A DNA stretch of 64,000 nucleotides from Basidiobolus meristosporus CBS 931.73 (Eukaryota > Fungi > Basidiobolomycota): positions 90,423 through 154,422 of the forward strand of contig MCFE01000148.1 in assembly GCA_002104905.1 (NCBI GenBank), read 5' to 3'. The notes under the pieces are model-generated. The model was not told the DNA's origin and did not search any database. It saw nothing but the letters and a program-made list of their open reading frames with translations. Shown piece after piece: positions 38,901 through 50,843 of this stretch. The position numbers and the translations under genes are program-made. Position 1 is the stretch's first letter; every line of letters starts with the position of its first letter.

Positions 38901-40626
38901 GCATTGAGTGTTCTTTGGTCTGGGAAAGCTGTCGCCATAGGCCGTTGCCCGGCCAATGACGCGGCGGATTCCTAAGCTGGCTTTCCCAGGACTGTTCGCA
39001 GAAATCTGCAATCCTCGCAAATTGGTTAGCCTGATCAATTACCTATCAACCAGATAAGCGATCCGTTTGACTGGCTCCCACAACCGGTTTGAGATCCAGT
39101 GATGTTGGGACGGTTGAGACATCCCACCCCTGGCATTCAATTGACTGGCTACTCTAGTGCAATATTCAGATCACCATTCCAAATCCAGTAGTCGCAATGG
39201 GTGAACGGTATCGAAACAAGGTTGGGATTACGCGTAACTGGCATCCGATCACATACCTGGCAAATGGTGGAGAGGTTGCTCAGTGGAAGGATGGACCAAT
39301 TCTTGTGTTCGAACTTATTGCCATCCAGGTGACACACACAGGTATATCCGGTTTTGTCAATTTCTATCATTCCTATCTTCTCTGATGGGACATGCGCCCT
39401 GCTAGTTTTTTATGGGAATGGATTGGTGTGCGGATTTGGAATGTAAACTTACCATGGACTAATAGGTCAATCCTCGTGGGACAATGACCGATGCGGCCGG
39501 TTTGCAAGCGAAGGCGAATGGTTTTCTGGAATGGGCGTGATGTGTGTGATTGCTGATAGAAAACGCAACCGCCAGCCAGCTCAAGGATTCTTCTCCTTCG
39601 GCCCAAATCAGTGTTTCCCTTCCTCTGTATGCGTGGAATGCCAGACAAACCGTCTCTCGTAAGCGACTACGCAGGCTGGAACGTGAGAGACCATCCCGCT
39701 TAAACGGACGAGGCGATGCTCAATAGGCATAATGGCATCACTGTCTTGGTCAGGTGGGCATTCTGATAGGAAGTGGTAGCAGGTAGCATGAGAAAGCAAT
39801 ATATCAATATTGCTATATCCAGCTCTGGATGTAGGCAGAGCATGTCGAGTAGACATGTGGGACTGACATTTTTCCATGGTGTTCCGTTTCTGGAACTCGG
39901 CACGTTATACTGTGCTACTTATTGTTGCTCCTAATATATCTCCAGAAGTGGGCAATATCACTTGATATGATGGCAGCTTTCTTGAGGAATCGACATTTTC
40001 GACCAATGGTTGGTGGAGTAGCCTTAGTCCTAATAAACTATCGGGATGATGTTTATCGATACGGTTCGATTGTGCAGTGGCAGTAGATTTGCTATCACGG
40101 TACCTTGACAGTCATTGATGATGAAATCGCATGGTTTAGAATATTCTTACATTGATTTATTTCTTAAAGCTTAAAGCCTACTTCACACCATAATCTGGTG
40201 CACAAATCAAAGGCCATTCGCGCAAATGCCCTTCACATGAATGGGTCAACCAGAATCTAGAAGAAATTCTCCCATAATGCTTGGTGCCCTTATTCGCTGT
40301 TTGTCTCACTTCCAGCAATCAACCTTTCAGTCTTAAGCTCGTATCAGCCGATCACATTAATTTGGGGTATATTTGATTGGATCACACTCGGATGCTGGCA
40401 ATACTAGCTAGGGGAAACATGATGGTAATTTGCCGAAGCGATCCGTTCCAGCGCAGCTTCCCTATATAACCGAGCCAATTCCCTACCGAGTCGATAGTGT
40501 TGAGTTGTGCTCTGCCTTATACATTTACTCTAATCAAGTAACTTTCTATCATCTTGTAGTAAGCAGTAGTTTATATTCCCGGGTATCTTACTCCATTCGA
40601 ACCGAGTCACTCATTACTAACTGAAA

Positions 40627-41889
40627 ATGCCTGCTACCAAACCACTCATGATCCCATACCTTGGGGCCGACAAGGCTCGTGTTGGTGCTAATTCACCCAA
40701 CAAGGGGATCAGCATCCCCTATCACTCTGAGGAGAGTCTAGTCTCTCATTATTCCACCAAATTTGATAGTTGCTCCATCAAGTCTGGCTTTACCAGCATC
40801 GCCTCGACTGCACCAAGCACACCCACCAATACTAGCAATGCCGCCCACGATTCATTCACCATCGGCATGTCCTCTCTCTACAAGGTCCCCAGTAGATTCA
40901 TCTTTCGTGATGCGAAGAAGGACAGAAAGTCCTTCACATCCAAGCACTTCAGCTTCCTCTCAAACATGCTGAAGAAGCCTAGCAAGCCTTGCGAACAAAC
41001 CTTGCCCAAGCGCCAGACACGCTACTACGCACCCCTGTTGGATGCTCTCAGAAAGCGCGCTGCTCCCTCATTGAACCAGCTTTACGGTGAATTTACCGAC
41101 TCGATTTCATGTGGACCTGGCGGCGGCGTGAGAGAAACCCTCTGCCCTCGGACCGGCCACAAATACGCCGTGAAGAGCTTCCGTAAAATGAAGGAAGGAG
41201 AGAGCGAGAAGCGGTACTACGAGTGGATTAGCAATGAGGTGTACATCGCCGCCTCGTTGGTGCACGAGAACGTCATTCAAACCGTCGATGTTATCATGGA
41301 GGACAATCAAATTCACGAGGTGATGGAGTACTGCCCTCAAGATTTGTTCAATGTCATCAATGATAATGACTTGACCCCACAACAAATCAACACCTATTTC
41401 AGCCAGCTGATGCATGGGCTAGCATATCTGCATCATCGGGGGGTCGCCCACCGGGATCTGAAGTTGGAGAATCTTTGTGTTGATCAGAAAGGAACCCTGA
41501 AAATTATCGATTTCGGATGTGCGTTCATCTTTCTGGACCCCCTCAGCGAAGAGAACCGGGCCAAGGCATGCGAGCTCACCGGCTCCGATCCATACATCGC
41601 GCCAGAGATCTTTAGCAGGAAGCCCTACGATGCAGCCAAAGCCGACATCTGGTCGGCCGCTATCATCTACCTTTGCATGGTCCTGAAGAAATTCCCTTGG
41701 GATGTCGCCAAGGACACCGAAAACAACTACAAGCTCTATCAACAATATCGGGACAATGAGGACTTCTTCATCCACCTCCCCAAGGAGTCATTTCCCCTAA
41801 TCCGCAAAATGTTGGATCCCAACCCAGACACCCGTATCACAGTGAATGAGGTGTTTGAGGATAGTTGGTTCCAATCCATAACTGTCTAA
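40627..41889 (+). CDS. Hal/Npr-family (Hal4/Sat4/Hrk1-like) Ser/Thr kinase, paralog 1, intronless
   Basis: 420-aa ORF with GPGGGV, YAVK, HRDLKLEN, DFG, GSDPYIAPE and DIWS. Confidence 0.92.
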   Translation: MPATKPLMIPYLGADKARVGANSPNKGISIPYHSEESLVSHYSTKFDSCSIKSGFTSIASTAPSTPTNTSNAAHDSFTIGMSSLYKVPSRFIFRDAKKDRKSFTSKHFSFLSNMLKKPSKPCEQTLPKRQTRYYAPLLDALRKRAAPSLNQLYGEFTDSISCGPGGGVRETLCPRTGHKYAVKSFRKMKEGESEKRYYEWISNEVYIAASLVHENVIQTVDVIMEDNQIHEVMEYCPQDLFNVINDNDLTPQQINTYFSQLMHGLAYLHHRGVAHRDLKLENLCVDQKGTLKIIDFGCAFIFLDPLSEENRAKACELTGSDPYIAPEIFSRKPYDAAKADIWSAAIIYLCMVLKKFPWDVAKDTENNYKLYQQYRDNEDFFIHLPKESFPLIRKMLDPNPDTRITVNEVFEDSWFQSITV

Positions 41890-44800
41890 GCTTCCGAGAG
41901 GCGACATCTATCCTTCCTGCAGCCTTACTAGCATTGTAATTTTAATTCACGCATTTCTCATCATTTGCACACTGTAATATTTGAACCATAACCACATAAT
42001 TGCTGACCATTAGAGAATCGAGCGCCAATCAGCGTAATAAATTCGTGATCGAGCCTATCCTGCAGTTACTTCGGTTGATGTGGCGAGCATTCCACGGCTA
42101 TAAGTTGAGCCATGGAGATCTTCCCACGGATGACCAATTATTACTAATCTATGGTAGGCAACCTTGTATTAATATCGCCAGATAATCTTCGTCCCCATAC
42201 GCATCACTTTGAGGGCCCTCCCTTGTTGGAAGTGGTAGTACTGGTGTTGTGATTGTAGTGGAAGAACATTGGCTACGAATCTCATCATCGCTGCTGTTAT
42301 GATTAGACAGCCCCCGTCGGCGGTATCACCCACAGATTGTTAGAATATGAATTCGGCACTAAACTATAGTCCGGACTCCTAACCCTATCTCCACACCAGT
42401 TTTACGAAGAGGTCATCCATGAATCATCCATACAATTGCTGATTGTATTTTCTGATCGATCGACACTGAGTGGTTGGCGTATTCTTGGCCCCTCGTCTTT
42501 GGAAAATCTCTCCGGTTATTTCCACTCGCTTTCTACCCGCCACTAAGCGTTCTGCCATGCCAAGGCCTGGGAAGCAAAACCCCTTTCCTCGACTTTGATT
42601 TATTGGTCCTTCCCGCAGGGGAATTTATCCAGACGAATTTACCAACGAGCTACTGAAGCTGTCGCTATGGTCGACAGAGGGTGTGTTGCTACATCTTGTA
42701 AAACTCTGTTCGCAGTTCTCTAGTTTAAGATCGGTGGGCAACTGTGGATGCCACTCAGCAATGGCATCGAAGCGCTCTTGAGGCTAGTCATCCTCTCGCT
42801 TCCTACCGATCTGCTTTCACTAGCTCCCAAATGCGTTCACGCGATGACCAGGTCCAGCGATAGAAATCTCGTTAGTCCAGCCATCAGGGAACCAATACTG
42901 AACTACCGTTCGAAGAAAAGCTCGCATAGACTGTCGGAATTACCGGGTTCTGAAGAAGATATTCAATTCGCAGCCACTCTGTACCATAACAGCACTCGCA
43001 TGAGGCAGTAACTCTGCCGGACTGGACCAAACCTTGAACCAAGGTGGAGATTTTTACTGGAATCGCCAGTGCGGGCATTCCATGGTCGTAACAGGTAGTG
43101 CTCGGAAAGCATCTCAAGCAAGGATGGGGGCCTTGTGTTGCCTCTTTGAATAGGATGAGGCGGAAATTTCTTAAATAAATGAACTGTCCATCTGGTACAT
43201 CAGCAACGGATAAGCAGATGATATCCTGGCATGAGTACCTTGTCAACTCACCAAGGGATCACGGAGCACCTTTATACAAGGATACAAGGAAACACCCTTA
43301 CTCTAAGAATGAGACTTTCAAATGCTCGGGGCAAGTTACACAAAACCATTTACAAAAGCGTGGCCTGCAGAAACGGTTCGCGCTGTTGTAGTATTGCCTC
43401 TGTATTGGTGACTCGAAATCTTAGTATTTGACGAACAATTGCCTGTCACAGCTTGCCTACCAAAGGACAAAACAACATGCATGAATCACATTTTAATCGA
43501 TGAGGTTTCCGAGAATACCCACTATGCCGTGACCGGACATTTGGGATAAATACTTAGGATTCGATTCTGAGCAGCAGGAAAATGCACTGGCCAGAGTCGA
43601 GAGCCCTGATACATGTAATAATACTATGCGCCACAGAATAGCGTCTCTTTAAGAAAATGCAGTCGTTCGTCTTAGCTTCATCATCGCTAGGGCCACTTCC
43701 GCGGCTCATTGTCACTAGATATGCTTAAAGCGTATATAACGTATCCGGGGTTTCATGTGCATGGCCCCGCCGAGATCCATGGGTATTCAGACAAAGCAAT
43801 GCGCACTAGCAGAGAACGGATTTAATGTAGACAATTCGAATATACCACGTACACCTCTCTTCGTGATGATGCGGAGGCTGCACCGTACTAAGAATACCAT
43901 GAATGGGTGGTGGATCTCATCAAAGGGTTGAGTTGAGTGGCAATCCAACTTACTAACCATCAATGGATATCAGCATGGTTGGCGTAGTTGGTTGGACACA
44001 TCATACCTCGTCACCACCCGGCAGAAGTACATGAGGTAGAGGTGATCAACTGACTTCCAGCTACCTCTCTATTGATAGCCAACAGCCGCCACCTTTACGG
44101 ACAGATGTTTGGATCTGCCACACACCCCTCATATTCTAAATAGTTGAATCATGCTCTCTTGTACCACTAGCGAAGGAATCCATCTATTCTTGCATACGTC
44201 AAACTCAAAGTCCCTGATTTGGTGGTCAAATGACCTATATTTTCCCCTTTTAGATCTCAATTATGGCAGTAGATCGATCCCGCAAATATCGTGATCCAGC
44301 TCCGGGTGATCAGCGGCCGGATGGATTTGGAAATCCAGGATCGGATCACATGGTAGGAAGGTACACTTGGCCTATCAACCAGCCAATGGCCATCAGTCAT
44401 CCGCCATCTATCTACAACCCATTGACACTTAAGCTATGAATATGACTAGTGAGCTACGAAAGCCCTATCGTTGGCGTGAAGGAGCTCGGGATAAGCGGGC
44501 TCCTGCAAACGTGCATATACTTTGCTGGTCTTGTCAATGCTCGACAACAATCAAAACTGCCGACCAACTCCGCTTAGCCTCAAATATCACGGCGAGGTGG
44601 CTGTGAATGGATGGGTCTCATGTATTGTCATCCATCTGACTCTGAGCCATTGACTAAGCCCAGCCCATTCGTCGAATATAGCGAATTGTAGAAGATGAGA
44701 AAGGCACTGGCTCAACTAATCCAAAACTCTTCTCCTTCCAGTTGGGGCTCGGTGAAACCATAAGCTACGGGCCTTATTTTGTTGCAAAAAAGGTTACTTC

Positions 44801-45087
44801 ATAGTTTAATAGTTTGTTATGTAATGTCATCCATCACAAGCAACAATCATTCGATTAAACCATATTACCGTGATCGGTGGCAATTTCCGCCTTCCATATA
44901 GACCAACAGAAACCGATTACTTGATTGGTACGTTTGCCAAGATAGAAAACCCAAGTGTGATGAACTAGAGTGTTATAAAAAGAGTTCAGACATCAAGCAA
45001 ATCTTGGAATTTCTTAGCAACCATTAGAATCTCTTTCGTTGTTTGACATCAGACATTCAAGCACTTGCTGCGAGTATCTCTTTGTCA

Positions 45088-46311
45088 ATGCCTATGCCTG
45101 TAACCAAATCGCCATACCACTCTCATTTGCATCCTCTGGATGACACTCCTAACAAAGGAATTCATATTCCTTACCACTCGCAGGAGAGTCTATCTGCCCA
45201 ATCCGGCTGGTGCTCTGACGACACCACAGGAAAGCTTGACCATGAAGTCTCCGTACACAACGTCCCGGTGGATGATTGCTTTACCGGCTCTATGTCGTCA
45301 CTTCGCAAGGTGCCAAGTAGGTTCGTCTTTAGAGACAACAAGAAGGATCACAAAGCGGAGCACCACAGACGGTTTGGTTTCTTCAGCCTCCATAAGAGGC
45401 ATCACGCTCCACACGACGAGCCCAAATGCAAGATCCACTCCAAAGACTATCTACCACTGCTGGACGCCCTAAGAAAACGAGACGCCCCATCCCTTAACCA
45501 ACTCTACGGCGACTTCGTTAGTGACATATGTAATGGCGCTGGCGGTGGAGTCAGGGAAACGTTCTGCCCACGCAACGGCAAGAAGTACGCGGTTAAGAGC
45601 TTTCGAAGCAAGCGTCCAGATGAGGATGAGCACCAATATTACGAGTGGATTAGTAACGAGGTCTACATTGCCGCCTCTCTATCCCACGAGAACGTAGTTC
45701 AGACTGTGGATGTGATTTTGGAGAATGGACGTATCCATGAGGTGATGGAATATTGTCCGCAGGATTTATTCAGCGTGATCCAAGACAATGAACTAACCCG
45801 GCAAGAAATCGACATATACTTCGGGCAACTCATAAAAGGCCTCGCATACCTGCATCATCGCGGGGTGGCTCATCGGGACCTCAAGCTGGAGAACCTCTGC
45901 GTGGACCAGAAAGGAATCCTCAAGATCATTGATTTTGGATGCGCCTTCATCTTCCTGGATCCATTGAGTGAGAAGAACCATGCCAATGCCATCGGGCTTG
46001 TGGGGTCTGATCCATACATCGCACCGGAGGTTTTCAGTGGCGAAGCATACGATGCCGCCAAAGCTGATGTCTGGTCGGCGGGAATCATCTATATTTGCAT
46101 GATCCTCAAGAAGTTCCCGTGGGATGTGGCGAAGCTTTCGGATTCAAACTACGCTCTGTATGTTGAGTGCCGCAAAATTAACAAATCGTTCAAAAACATC
46201 CCGCAGGCCGCCCACTCGTTGATGCGCAAGATGCTGGATCCCAATCCTGATACGCGCATCACTGTAGATGAGATATTCGAGGATAGTTGGTTCCAGACTC
46301 TTATTTCCTGA
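45088..46311 (+). CDS. Hal/Npr-family Ser/Thr kinase, paralog 2, intronless
   Basis: Motifs GAGGGV, YAVK, HRDLKLEN, DFG and GSDPYIAPE. The first ATG is at 45088, and MPVTK at 45094 parallels MPATK of paralog 1. Confidence 0.92.
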   Translation: MPMPVTKSPYHSHLHPLDDTPNKGIHIPYHSQESLSAQSGWCSDDTTGKLDHEVSVHNVPVDDCFTGSMSSLRKVPSRFVFRDNKKDHKAEHHRRFGFFSLHKRHHAPHDEPKCKIHSKDYLPLLDALRKRDAPSLNQLYGDFVSDICNGAGGGVRETFCPRNGKKYAVKSFRSKRPDEDEHQYYEWISNEVYIAASLSHENVVQTVDVILENGRIHEVMEYCPQDLFSVIQDNELTRQEIDIYFGQLIKGLAYLHHRGVAHRDLKLENLCVDQKGILKIIDFGCAFIFLDPLSEKNHANAIGLVGSDPYIAPEVFSGEAYDAAKADVWSAGIIYICMILKKFPWDVAKLSDSNYALYVECRKINKSFKNIPQAAHSLMRKMLDPNPDTRITVDEIFEDSWFQTLIS

Positions 46312-48670
46312 ATCATTCGCGAGGATGCTCAATTGGAACTAAAACCAGCGCAACCAATAGCGCCACGACAGCACGTGACCTCGAACCGGGACACTTCGAG
46401 TTTGTAACATATTACCAACGCTGTCGAACCGACTGTAATTACATCCCTACACCTTAATGTGTTTATATCAACTTCTAATAAATGTCATTGGATGTACGCC
46501 TGTCAATCAAGGTGCTTGCGGTGGAGTTTTCGGCGATCAGAGCTAATCGGGCGTCGGATGAAATAATAAACGGGATAAGATAGGCTTTCCCAGTATATGC
46601 ATCAGCCATCCTGCAGCGCCGACGCCTTTGGGGCAGTCAATGAAGTCTAACTGTAAAATTGGCTCAATTGGATTGTCCCCCAGCCCTATCTTGAAATACC
46701 ATCTTGAGAGTCCCTCGGATAGCCAGATCTACCTGTATTGGCGAGCTCCCGGAAGAGGGCATCCTCTCCAAAATGGCTTGGCTTGTGGTTGTGGATAATA
46801 CAGGCCTGGATGCTATGCTGTAACCACTGTATTTCTTGAAGCGCCAGACGATGATTTTGGAATCTCTGGTAGAGCCCACCAGGGTTACTCACTAGTGTTG
46901 GTTGATTATGCCAAATCCGAACTCTGGCCATGACGCCTCGTATAGCAGATCAGGACGAATAAGGGAAGATGTATTGTTCATCAAATGTTGTCCATCAAGT
47001 GATTGATCTAGCCTCTAAAGACCTACAAGCACTCGTCCACCGCATTTCGCAGTTATCAGCGAAGCCATTGGAGATGGACTGTGCTGAAAGGAAATCAAGT
47101 GCGAAATGAAAATGAGTACTGATGTTCGACATAGCGCCTGGATCCCTCAGTATGCTGAACTCTCGCATCCGACATGCCAGTTTAGCTAGACAGCCATGGA
47201 TCGCTGGCAGGTTTCTTGGGCGACCTTGACTTCAGATATTCGATCATCATGCCGTAGTTGAGTCCCCAAACTTCCCGAGTGGTCCCAGATCTTTCAAACA
47301 GGATATGATGCCATTTTCCGACATATCCCCTTGGCCATCTAACCACCTCTGGGTCTAATACAGACTGATAACCTTGAATTCAGAGATCGAATGTTCTATG
47401 TAAACGCAATAGCGCACCCAGTGGAAGTAGCTGGTGCCAGATCAATCCAAAGTAAACACAAAATACCCCAGGGTTTCTCTTTTCCCATTTCGCAGCATTG
47501 TTGATCATGGCAGGCCAGCTAAAACGAGAAAAGATGGAACATGGTAATCTGGATGTTAGTAGGGTGACCTTACAAATGTGTCAATAATGTCCTTAGCATA
47601 ATAGCTGTGGTGTCCCTTTCATCGTGCTGTCCACCTTGAGATAGACGTCAACGTTATCAGGTAATGTGTGCTCTATGACGTCACGGGCATTTGGCTTGCT
47701 TCTCAAGATTCATTGGGCACGCCGAATATCAGGCCATGATTGGCCCGATAGGTATATTGCTTTTTTGGAAGTAATACGATGATAACATTGGTGCATCATT
47801 ATTGGTGCATCATTATTGTCTTCATCATGAGTGCTATGTTGATCAATCAAGCAAGTCTTCTGAAAAGGCTCTAGTGGTTATAGATGTACCGAAGAAATTC
47901 CAAAGTAAAATCAGGGATTCTTCATGTGTCTTGAACATGCCGGATCCTATATAACCGTAATAAAGCTAGATTGGGACAGGTTTGATAAGCTTGTTTGGTG
48001 GGCTTCACACTGATATCCACGTAATCCCAAGCTGGGTAAAACTTCGTCAATGTATGTTTGAGTATAAAGTGCAAACCCATACCAAATTAATATGCCGCAA
48101 ATGGAGCTGGGTCGCTTGTGCAAGAATCACTGTTTTAACTTTCTGCTGATATATCACTTTTACTTGGTGATAGCGCATGACAGCTTTGGAGTCAAAAAGG
48201 CACAATCCCCATTGCAGGCTACACATGGCATTGTATGATCAGCATTTAAATAACAACTACTAATTGCTGGAAATTCCAACAACAATGTTGTCAATATATT
48301 CTGGAAAGCCCAATAATCCATAAACCAACACATTTGTTTGCAATACCATCCAAAAACTCAAAGCAGCATATATTCATAGTGGGGGCAGAGATATCACATT
48401 GCCTAATAACGGATTGATAAGAATAACCTTACTCCTATACATCTTGATATTCTTCCTTTTCGCTACTGATATTGGCTTAGCAAATATGCTGAGCATTAAG
48501 TCACTCAAGTGGATATAAGGTTTTGATAGTTTCTGTGTCACATTTAGCTACCAGCGAGCAGTATACTTCATATATTGAGCATACTGATATAGCTGACTAG
48601 CCCAGCATTAGCATTATAAATGCATTACAACAAAGCCCCCTAGCAGCAGCTTCAGTATAGACAAAGGTTT

Positions 48671-49020
48671 TGTTGCAAAAATTCGTATTTCCACCTAAAT
48701 ATTCACCTAACTTAGTCACTTAGATCATCACCTTCAAATCCTAGAGAATACTGACCAAAATTCCTTGTCTGAATTTACTTAGAATATTTTCACCAAAATA
48801 CCAGGTACCCAGAACATGAAAATTTGATAAGCTTTCCAAACAGCCCCAAACTTTGCACACATGTTCTTGGGACCTTCCTTAACATATTCTACGTGTTTGT
48901 AATGCCAAGACCAGGTAAAAGTATAAATACTACTTTTACATTCAATAAATCATTAAGTGAAAACCACATAATCTACTTGTTCTCCAAATCACTTCCAATA
49001 TCTCCAAGACTCTTACAACA
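48671..49020 (+). repeat. Copia E solo LTR
   Basis: 350-bp TG..CA copy with near-TSD GGTTT/GGTCT. Confidence 0.85.
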
Positions 49021-49604
49021 GGTCTGAGTCTGAATAGAAACCACCAAGTTCTTGTAGCAATATTGTTGCTGTTGTAGCTCCAGCTTGCCTTCCACTTGAT
49101 GCAGCTCTTACACTTATACCTATATATTTGCACTGGCTAGATTATACCTGCTTGTGTTATATCCAAACCAATTCTCTTTTAGGACTTGGGATACTCCTGT
49201 TGTATTATCATACATACTGAATAACAAGCTTGTCAAAGCTGTCTAGATGAGCCTAGGCTTAAAGCTCATTATTGACACACTGAAGGGGTGCTAACTTTAC
49301 TGATTCAATAAAAGTATTAATACCACTGGTACATTCAAATATCTTCAAGTAAAAGCTGCTCAAGCTTGTACTGTGATCTGTTGGTAGTTACTCAGTGGTA
49401 CAACACTTTTGCAATGAGTACTTGCTAGGATTATTACATATGTTGTCTGGCTCTATGGAGGGTTGTAAGTAAACTTTTTGACCAGAGGATTTGAATTGTA
49501 TTCACATGTGGTGTTTGCTCTAATAGGTCTGGAGATATTTGAGGGCATGACAAGAATAGGTAGAGTATGCAGTCTTTAGCTGGCAATCAATACTTATTAA
49601 ATTT

Positions 49605-50030
49605 TGCTGCATATTTTTTTGATAGTACCTATGAATTCCCCTAACCTAGTCACTTAAATCAACATCTATAAACTGTAGGGAAATCTGATCAGATTCCTTA
49701 TTGGGATATACTTATAGTATATTCCCAGACATATTAGATACACAGAGCAGAAAGTTTTCATAGGTTGTCCAAACTGCTTTAACCTTGCATACATGCTCTA
49801 AGGACCTTTCTTTCTGAATTCCACATGTTTATTTTTCCATAACCATGTGAAAGTACAAATACTACCTTCACAGTCAAGAAAGCATTAGGTGAAAATTGTG
49901 GAATCTTCTCATTCTTCCAATCACTTCCAATATCTTCAAAACTCTTACAACAGAATATGAGCCCCAAACTGGCACTCTCTGGAATCTCTATTACTGTTAG
50001 TACTGAAACTTCTCCCTCTGCTGATATGTT
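49605..50030 (+). mobile_element. Old Copia E 5' LTR with degenerate PBS and gag start
   Basis: The LTR ends at 49952 and is followed by gaatatgagcccc and gag-like sequence. Confidence 0.65.
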
Positions 50031-50076
50031 GAGTATATCTAACTGCTGTAAGAATTTGCAATTGCAACCAAGTGTT

Positions 50077-50327
50077 TATTGCAAAAGTCTTGGAGATATT
50101 GGAAGTGATTGGGAAGACAAGTAGATTATGTGGTTTTCACTTTATGATTTATTGAATGTAAAAGTAGTATTTATACTTTTACAACTTATCTAATTTTCAT
50201 GTGCTGAGTAAATATTCTAAGTAAATCTGACAAGGAATTTGGTCAGTATTCTCTAGGATTTGAAGGTAATGATCTAAGTATCCAAGTTAGGTGAATATTT
50301 AGGTGGAATTACAAATCTTTTGCCAAA
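50077..50327 (-). repeat. Internally deleted Copia E solo LTR
   Basis: Matches both ends of the LTR consensus. TSD GTGTT at 50072-50076 and 50328-50332. Confidence 0.75.
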
Positions 50328-50494
50328 GTGTTTTCCTAGCCTAGATATTTCAATCACTACCTACAAGTCTTGGAGCATTCTGACCAGATTACTTTCTGGG
50401 ACTTGGAGTGCTTTCACCAAGTTATTAGGCATTCTGAAGATGAAACATTGATAAGCTGACTTAACAGCCCAAAACTTGGCACACATGCTGTTGG

Positions 50495-50843
50495 TGTTGT
50501 AATAGTTTGTAGTTCCATCTAAATATTCACCTAACTTAGTCATATAGATCTTTACTGTCAAATACCAGAGTATACTGACCAAATTCCTAGCTGGGATTTA
50601 CTTCAAATATTTTCACCAAAATATCAGGTACCCAGAACATGAAGATTTGATAAGTTGTCTTAGCAGCACCACACTTTGCACACATGTTCTTGGGATCTTC
50701 CTAAACCTATTCAGCATGTTTTCTATGCCAAGACCATGTAAAAGTATAAATACTACTTTTACATTCAATATGTCATTAAGTGAAAATTGCATATTTTACT
50801 TGTTCTCACAGTCACTTCTAATATTTCCAAGACTCTTACAACA
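50495..50843 (+). repeat. Copia E solo LTR nested inside an older Copia E LTR (about 50345-50945)
   Basis: Flanks GTTGG/ATTGG. The host LTR sequence resumes correctly at gggacctt. Confidence 0.75.

Noticed and set aside
37450-40400. Many overlapping 60-140 aa ORFs on both strands
   Set aside because: I found no recognisable motifs or consistent splice model. They are treated as intergenic or unrecognisable relic DNA.
42000-44900. Short ORFs between the two kinases
   Set aside because: No domain signal and frequent stops. Probably promoter or intergenic sequence.
47786-47815. 14-bp tandem duplication (attggtgcatcatt x2)
   Set aside because: A simple slippage duplication with no further structure.
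28900-48000. A functional gene cluster linking ALKBH6, SDS23, MADS and the kinases
   Set aside because: There is no shared pathway logic or evidence of co-regulation in the sequence. They look like ordinary neighbouring genes.
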